Positions 56,204 to 64,000 of a stretch of 64,000 nucleotides of DNA are shown here, one piece after another. The notes under the pieces are model-generated. The model had not been told where the DNA came from. It searched no databases and worked only from the letters and a program-made list of their open reading frames with translations. Positions within the stretch are counted from its first letter, which is position 1, and every line of letters begins with the position of its first letter. The stretch covers positions 14,012,001 to 14,076,000 of the forward strand of contig CM022671.1 of the NCBI GenBank assembly GCA_012295275.1, read 5' to 3'. This DNA comes from Chrysomallon squamiferum (Eukaryota; Animalia; Mollusca). The translations under genes and the position numbers were made by a program.

Positions 56204-57255
56204 TCATTTCTATCACTATGTAGTTGTGCTTAGGTATTTCTGAATCTTCCTGTTTTAAATTTAATAGAAATATTCTTGTAAGTTGATGTTCAGGGAATTC
56301 AGTTTGCTCAGAATGCAAGTTAAATATGACTTCATTGCTACAGTTATTTCTTAATAATGTAAGAGAATTTATCTTTTACAGTAACATTCTTCTGTTGTCA
56401 CAGTTGTAAAGGTCATATGTTATTCTTGTATATTATTTATACAACTTTGTAGATTTGATAGAAACATTATTTTGTTATATCTTGCTGTCCCAGGAATTCA
56501 GAATATCTTCTCTCTGCTATTTGCTGAAGATTAATGGAAGTATTTCTCAATTCTATCCATCATATGATATTCTTGCATATTTATATATCCTTGTAAATTT
56601 CATAGAAACTTTCATCTGTTTAGCTTGCTGTCCTGGGAATTCAGAATAACTGCCCCATCCTGTTTGCCCAGAACTGAAAGTCTGTCGAATTTGTTGTCAT
56701 ATTTGTATGTCCTTCGTTTATTTTTTTTTTATTGTTATTTTTTTTTTCTGAATTCAGAATATCTCCTCTGTGCTGTTTAACAGACTAAAAATTAATGGTT
56801 ATTTCATATATCTAACTTCCATAGAAACTTACTGTTATTATAACTTTTTTTTTATAATTACCTTTCAGTGTCTAAGCTCACTGACAGAGTTCTCTGTGAC
56901 TCTTCATCTACTTAAAAAAAGTATTTAGATAACCACTATTCTGTCATATTGTAGATTGTTCTGGCATCACAGGATCCATTATTTATTCTGTTTTAAATTT
57001 CCAACTCTTTTGTTTCATAGTGCAATATTTTGTCTTCTTAAACCAAGATGTCAGTTTTGTTAGGTTACAGGTCAGTAAAACACCTGCTTGAAAAATGTTA
57101 TTCATAGGAAAAAATATTTAACGTTTTAGTGTTTCTCTAGGAAATTCTTAATTTCTGAAAGAAATAATTAAATATTCTGACAGTCATCAAAGTACACCAG
57201 TTAACAACACACAAGCGTACATAAAAACACATATACAAACTCATCCTTTTGTAGA

Positions 57256-57455
57256 NNNNNNNNNNNNNNNNNNNNNNNNNNNNNNNNNNNNNNNNNNNNN
57301 NNNNNNNNNNNNNNNNNNNNNNNNNNNNNNNNNNNNNNNNNNNNNNNNNNNNNNNNNNNNNNNNNNNNNNNNNNNNNNNNNNNNNNNNNNNNNNNNNNNN
57401 NNNNNNNNNNNNNNNNNNNNNNNNNNNNNNNNNNNNNNNNNNNNNNNNNNNNNNN
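57256..57455. other. Assembly gap (200 N)
   Basis: Run of N. Confidence 1.
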
Positions 57456-57460
57456 GTACT

Positions 57461-57501
<41 letters not shown>

Positions 57502-57591
57502 TTGTAGTTTAACATCTACTTTCTACAAGTTACTATAGTCGACATATTTCTACTGTACATAATCAGTACAGCACAAAATGTAATGCAGAAA

Positions 57592-59246
57592 CCTGAAGAA
57601 AAAAAAAATTATTTGAAATGCTTTTTACAAAATTCAAACCTTCTTTGTTTAATGGTTATTTTTGTTTTTGTTCTACTTGTTTTAACTAGTTTATTATTCA
57701 TTTTCTTTTTTGTTTCTAAAAATGACTAATTTTACAAACATCACTAAGAAAGACACTCAATGAATTAATGAGCTGTCCAACAAAATACAGCAAACATGAT
57801 TTTTCTTCAGTGATTATATCAGAGAGAAGAAACTCTGTACTGCTAGATTAATGAGAGTAAACATATATGACTGAACATAATGAAACAAGGAGACAAGTGC
57901 ATGACACAGGAGTTGAACACAATATAACCTGTGGATATTGCATATCACCACTTAAAACCACAAGAAGGGAAAAGGTTTAGATGAAAATGGAAATACCGTG
58001 TTGCTTCCAAAAGAAAACTGATCTTAACACAACTTTGATCTAGACTCATTAAATACAACAACTCTAAGCAATACAGTAATATTCAGATACATGTTATTTA
58101 TCTTTTAAAATTATAGCTTGTTTACAGTGAAAGAGGAATTAAAAAACCTCATTTTAACATTAACAGCTGGATAGTTTTGTCACACAGCAGACAGGATTGT
58201 TTCATAATAACTCTTTACAACAAGAGCAAAGAACAAACCATGGCCTTTGATGAAACAAACAAGGGCCACTGGCTGGAATGGGGAAATACCAAAGGTTTAT
58301 ACCCATGTGCAAGAGGCAGCAAAGGATAAATATCTATTAGTTGTAATAAAAAATAAAACTGATGAAATCAAAGAAGAGGAACTAGAGAAACAATAGAAAA
58401 TAGATACAGACAAAATAACCTAGAAAAATCATCTATTTTCTAAGCTAGATGTCAAATTTTCTTATTATTAGTTCTAGCAATTAAGAGGAAAGAGACAAAA
58501 TGTTCTCGAAGAAAGCAGTTTAACTTAATACATTAAAGATGTTATTTTTAAATGAAAACAAACCAACCTCATTTTTTTCATAAAGATTCACTTATATTCT
58601 TTAAGATGTTTTTCAATATTTTTTCTATTCAAAAAAAGATCTTATCTTAGTATCATCTTAATGTCTAATGTACTGCCATTGTTAATTTTTTCATAAATGC
58701 AATGTCTGTGTGTTTTGTGTGTTTGTGTGCGTTTTTAATTTGTGTTACTCCTGTTTTCTTTAGATGTTCTTTACATGATAATGTTAAAAAGAAGTAAAAT
58801 AGTGAAATTAAAATTTACACTATAAGGATTCTGTAAAAGAAATATTGGGAACAATAGAAGTTTTCTCCATTACTGGATGTCACTTTTACTTGAATGTGAT
58901 TTTGATACATAAATGGATACTAATGTAACATTTTATGTGTTCATACAAATGTATAACACTTTAAAGACACTTTTACCTTAAATATTGGAGATAATCTTAA
59001 TGTAAACACTGAAGTTTGGTGAAAAATACCACATTCAAATATTTTTGAAAGAAAATTAAATTACCAGTTTAACTACTTTTTTTCTTCAAAAAATAAAGAC
59101 AGGAACAAAATAACACAATACATTTATCTATTGTACTAAATGTATATCTTACTTCATTCTGATTTTGTTTTCTTTTTCAAAATTGAAAAGTCTTACTCTT
59201 ACAATGAAACCATAATTTTAAGTACACATATAGTAATTCTAAATAA

Positions 59247-59295
<49 letters not shown>

Positions 59296-62110
59296 GTAGT
59301 ACTAGTAAATAAATAAATTAATTAAATGAAGGTAGAAATGAAACTAAAAAGATTTTTAAATTCATAACAGAAAAAAAAAAAAAATAATAAATTTATATAA
59401 AAATAATAAATAAATAAAATAAATTAAAAAGTAATGAAATTAATTAAAGATTTTTAATCCATGTCACAGAAAAAGAACAAAAAAAGAATATATCTAGAAT
59501 AAAAATTATAAATTTGAAAAAAAAAAAAAAAAATACAAGTAAACACATTTTAACCAATCAAAGTAAACAAAACAAAAAACAAAAAATAATATAAGTATTT
59601 AGAACTTCTTTAAACAGAGCAATAAATAAAACTTCCTTTAACTGATGAAAATACTAACATACTTGGATACTAGGAATGCTAATTCTAACATTACAACAGC
59701 AGTGTAGATAAACTACAGCAATTCAGAAATTATCTTGACTTACTAATAACTGTGGCTTGCTCATTATTGCTTTGTTAACTTCCGTTCAAGCTTCCTTTTA
59801 TAATGTCTTTTAGTTTTCTGTTTTGTATCTTTTCTTCCTTATTTTAACTTTTGATGTCCATATTTTCACCAATTTCACAAATTTTGAGAAAGTTTGTCTG
59901 ATAAATTCCTGTAATCAAAAAAATATATATAAATGTTACTATTCATGGTTAAGAAGTTAGCAATAATAAATCAAAAATTGTTTTAATTTTGAAACAAACA
60001 GTTAAATATCAATATATACTTATGGATAATGAGGGAACTATGTTTTTCTGTTTGTTTTGCTGTTGTTTCTGTTTTCTTTGTTTTTTTTTTTTTTTATTGA
60101 TGAGATTTATGTAATTGTTATAAAAATTAGATTTAAAGAAATATATATTTACAGAACATAACTTTTATGCAAAATGAAACTGTTTATACTATTTTACAAA
60201 GTGTACTATTTCAAGAAATAAAATCGTTTTTACTTACTGTTCATACAAGCCACAGTAAGTATATTCACATGTGTTGTTTGTCCATGTATTTTGTAGACAG
60301 CATCTGTTTTCTGCTTTGGATGTGCTTTATATTCTTTTTGAAGCTTCATAATCTGTAAAAATAAAATTAAAATAAACTATAATAACTATCACAAATCTTT
60401 AATTTCTAAACTAGACAACAGGCTTGCTGGAAAACAGTTATCACAAACAACTGTGTGTCTTGATATGGATATAACTAGTGAATGTTTCACAAAAATGAAG
60501 TTGTTTTAAATGCAAGTTAGTTTGATTCTTATTTATTATTTTATCTCATTACTTTTTCAAATAAATATCCTCTCCAAGAAAAAGGAAATTTGAGATTGCA
60601 GGAAAAAGAAATTAACTATAAGAAATCAATGAACTGATAACAGATTTAGTTAATGTACAAGTCTGTTGGAGATTGAGCAGTTAATCTCTAAAACGTCTGC
60701 CAAATTTTAGATCGTCTCCAATATATCAATAATATCTCAGGGAAATTGAACTCAATCTTATTTCAATCAGTGGATTGTTCACTTTATACTGGGTGCATTT
60801 TAAATCTTAATGAAGGTGGCTAAATTACTTTAATGTTTATAATTTATTTATTTTTGATAATAACCATATTATTATTTACTGTTTTCTTTCAGTCAGTTTA
60901 GAAGACTTTAAACTTAACAGATACATGATGCATAGATTAATATCAACACTGCATTGTCTTAAATTATGTTTACTGATACTTGAAATTTGTGTAATAATTT
61001 CAGCAATTGTTTAGATTAAAGAGAACTATCTGTTAAAATGGATTCAAATTTGTATTTTCCTAAATTGTCTCTATTATTCTGTTGTTTTTGTTTATTAATT
61101 TCCGTTACGTTTCAGATTTTAATATTTCAGTCAAAAATATTTGTATTACATATTTTTATAATTTTTTATTTTCTGTTAAAATCAGTTCAAATGTTTTCAA
61201 GTTTGTATTTTCCTAAATGAGCTCGATTACTGTTTTTATTATTATTATTATTGTATTTATTATTACATAGTTTAAATGTACCCTGGTCAGTTTGCTTGTG
61301 TACTTACGTTATGTTGGTTTGTTTCTCTTTTGTCTTCTTTCTTGTAACGACTTTTTTTCAATATTGGAAAAAATCTTCATTCTGGAAGTCATGAAATGAA
61401 AAAGAATTAGCTTTCTTAAGTTAAATGTATTGATAGACAAAATGTTGATATCTGGGTTTCCATTATTAATAATCAGTGAATACAAGTTAAAACAGGCATT
61501 CCCATTGATTCTAGAAACAAAAGTAACAGAAAAACATCTCAGGGAAAAGTCACAATTTTTAATTATGATTAAGAAATCAATTAGAAATGAAATGTGTTTA
61601 ATCATTTTGTCAGAGTTTTTTTGTTAATATTCTTTGATCTTAATGTTAGTGGTTTAGGCAGATGTTCCACCCAGTACCATGAAGAAATTCTGCCAATTAC
61701 AACTAGATCTTTTGATGTATTTCCACCACAACTTTGTTTTGCGAGTTGCGTATTTGGTATACATGAACCCCTCATAACAGATTTTGTTACGACCCTTATT
61801 GCTGTGAATAACTTCCATATTCAACATACTTCTGATGTTAGAGCAGCTGGAGAATATATAGTGATGCACATTTTAACCTCGGACATTTTATAAATCCTTT
61901 AGAATAGGAAGCCCTTAGTTTAAAGCTATCCTAATCAGTAAACTAGACTTAATCCTGCCTAACTGATCCTAATTACTAAGTGTAACAAGTCACCATCTCT
62001 GTCTTATGTTTTAACATTAAAACATTAAGTTCATTTCAGTTTCCAAACAATTTATTTCGTTTCAAAAATGGCTACGAACAAAAACTGACGCACACTCCCG
62101 GTGACGTCAT
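57592..62110 (-). ncRNA. Candidate spliced long non-coding or small-ORF transcript (minus strand)
   Basis: Three perfect GTAAGT donors (after 61308, 60238 and 59744) pair with pyrimidine-rich CAG acceptors (before 60352, 59908 and 57592). CRE palindrome TGACGTCA at 62102-62109 lies upstream. Exons 60352-60238 and 59908-59744 splice into a 58-aa ORF with no recognisable homology. Confidence 0.45.
61690..61818 (-). mobile_element. FLYWCH-like N-terminal remnant of a Mutator/MULE transposase
   Basis: MEVIHSNKGRNKICYEGFMYTKYATRKTKLWWKYIKRSSC resembles the S-x-KG...L-x-x-x-GY-x-Y...W-x-C FLYWCH zinc-finger start of animal MULE transposases. The W-x-C Cys is lost and the rest of the element was not seen. 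Confidence 0.55.
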
Positions 62111-64000
62111 ATAATACTATCTCCCTTATTCCGATTCCCCTAAACATCGTAAACTGTAACAATGTTAACTATAACACCATTTACATACAACGCCCAGCAC
62201 AATACGATGCCTCTTTCTTTAATCTAGCCTAATCAATAAGCTTAACAATTCATGCATACTATGATGCCCCATTCAATACTCTATAAAACCCATACATATT
62301 TTTTTTACATTTGTCCTGTGATTTTTTCCAATACTAAATTGTGACTTTTTCTTTTACTTTTTTTCCCAGCCACCTTCCCATGTTCCGTGAAATTTGTACT
62401 TTACTTACTATTAAGCACTGAAAACCAAAGTAGAACGTATTTAACAGATATATTTTGCACTTTACACGTTAGTAGCATATACTGTACTTTTAGTATAAAT
62501 TATTATATGTCAGAAAAGTTTCTGTTACAATCACTAGATAATTTTTAAATATCATTTCTTCCCATATAAAAATGTTCCTGTTTACATCGGTGAAAAAAAG
62601 AGATTTAAATTTTGGATAACTGCTTCAACATTTAACAAAAAAATTACCCCATCATATCAAGAAAAGCTATTTTACTGACAGAAATAAATCACAAAAGTTT
62701 TACTTATTCCAAAATAACATTTTATAACAACATAATGTCGATAATACTTACAAAAACGTTAAACCTTATTCATGGCGTGTCTGTGTCTGTGACGGTGACA
62801 ATGATCTCTGAACATTATTAAAATACCATTTCCTATTTGATTAGATAAAAAGAAAATTGCAACAATCGATAGTCTCGTTTCTCACGTGCAGTAATCCATG
62901 ACCTCGTTTGTTGTTTAGCTACTGGTATAGTCGATTTCAGGTTTCTTTAGTTGCTCCGAAAATAAAGTAAAGAAAAGAAAAGATAGTAAAAAGAAACAAA
63001 CAAACAAACGAATAATTACATCATTAAGTAAATAATCTTATGTCTATTTTAACTACATGAGAGTAACATATATAGATATACACTCTTTTTTCTTTTCACA
63101 AAGACGGGCAGTAATCGACCTAAGAATATTTGAACTTCGACTGTGTATTTTGATTATTAATCCAATTTCAGTAGTGCGATTTTAATTTCTGTTAAATAAA
63201 TAAATTAATTAATTAATTAAAATGTAGAAAAAAAGGCACTTGCAAATATATGTGGGTGTGCGTGTGTGCATGTGTGTGTGCATATATATCATTATATGTA
63301 TAGTGTTGTGTCTGTAATAAACATTAACAGAAGACAAATTCGGTGGTTTATTTATTTATTTATATAACATAAAAAATCCAGTGAAGCTGCATTCAAAAGT
63401 TTTTTGACATTGAGAAAAAAGAGATGTTTTCTACGGCCTTTCCGTTAAATTATATTTAAAAAATTATAACTTGTGACCGTAACAGAACAAATAACAAAGC
63501 CTTTTCCCTTACAACTAGACTATCATGAGATGTCGTTATTCATTGTAATGTTTCCTGTGAATGGTATCACTGAACTACAAACTAAGGTAAGATGAACAGT
63601 TTAACCATTAAAAAGAGTTTGTTTCTTACATGTGCGTGCACTGAAATTCAATTTTATATAAAGTGAGTTCAAATTGAGAACCTCAATGTCTGTCTTTCCA
63701 TAACAAGAGGGTGGGGTTAATCCGAGTAATACAAATCTCTAATGGGTACGTAGATATGTTGAAGAAACTGGGAACAAAATAATTCAAAAGGGTATATATT
63801 ATATTCCTGATGAAGGCTCCACCTATAATAATGGGGTGATCAGCATAAATTTTATGAATGTTTGACCCAATGGTTACTTTTAATTACATGATCTGTGTCA
63901 AATAGCGATAGACAGATTTCACGTTTCCTATTATAGCTATGAATAAATTATGATCAGCAGTATAATGCTAAAACTCTTTCAGTCCCTTCCACATATATCC

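Noticed and set aside
63800-63860. Hammerhead ribozyme at CCTGATGAAGGC
   Set aside because: No stem-II-closing GAAA and no stem I/III complement downstream. Similar partial cores at about 24963, 50650-50672 (minus) and in the 69-bp repeat also fail.

Overview
AT-rich, microsatellite-rich animal genomic DNA with GT-AG spliceosomal introns. It is probably lophotrochozoan or molluscan, though the taxon is only an inference. The first 39 kb is a compact block of six conserved genes whose exons I reassembled by hand into frame-consistent CDSs: HAUS7 (+, 5' end outside the window), HEXIM (-, single-exon ORF), IFRD1/2 (+), HROB/C17orf53 (+), MANF/CDNF (-) and HSPA14 (+). MANF/CDNF and HSPA14 are head-to-head, as CDNF and HSPA14 are in human. 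HSPA14 intron 1 carries a Sola2-type DNA transposon with long TIRs and an ATAA TSD. HSPA14 intron 3 carries an antisense, intronless, truncated TSSK-like kinase ORF with an RFX X-box and TATA box directly upstream. The IFRD leader has a 42-codon uORF whose stop overlaps the main start (TAATG). A frameshifted prolyl-4-hydroxylase alpha pseudogene lies at about 40.4-41.2 kb. The remaining 23 kb has no recognisable protein gene. It holds two convergent chains of apparently non-coding exons, a 69-bp satellite, a diverged ~350-bp inverted repeat, a ~330-bp tandem repeat carrying a long hairpin, a MITE, a FLYWCH/MULE remnant and a 200-N gap. All homology calls come from motif recognition, not database searches.
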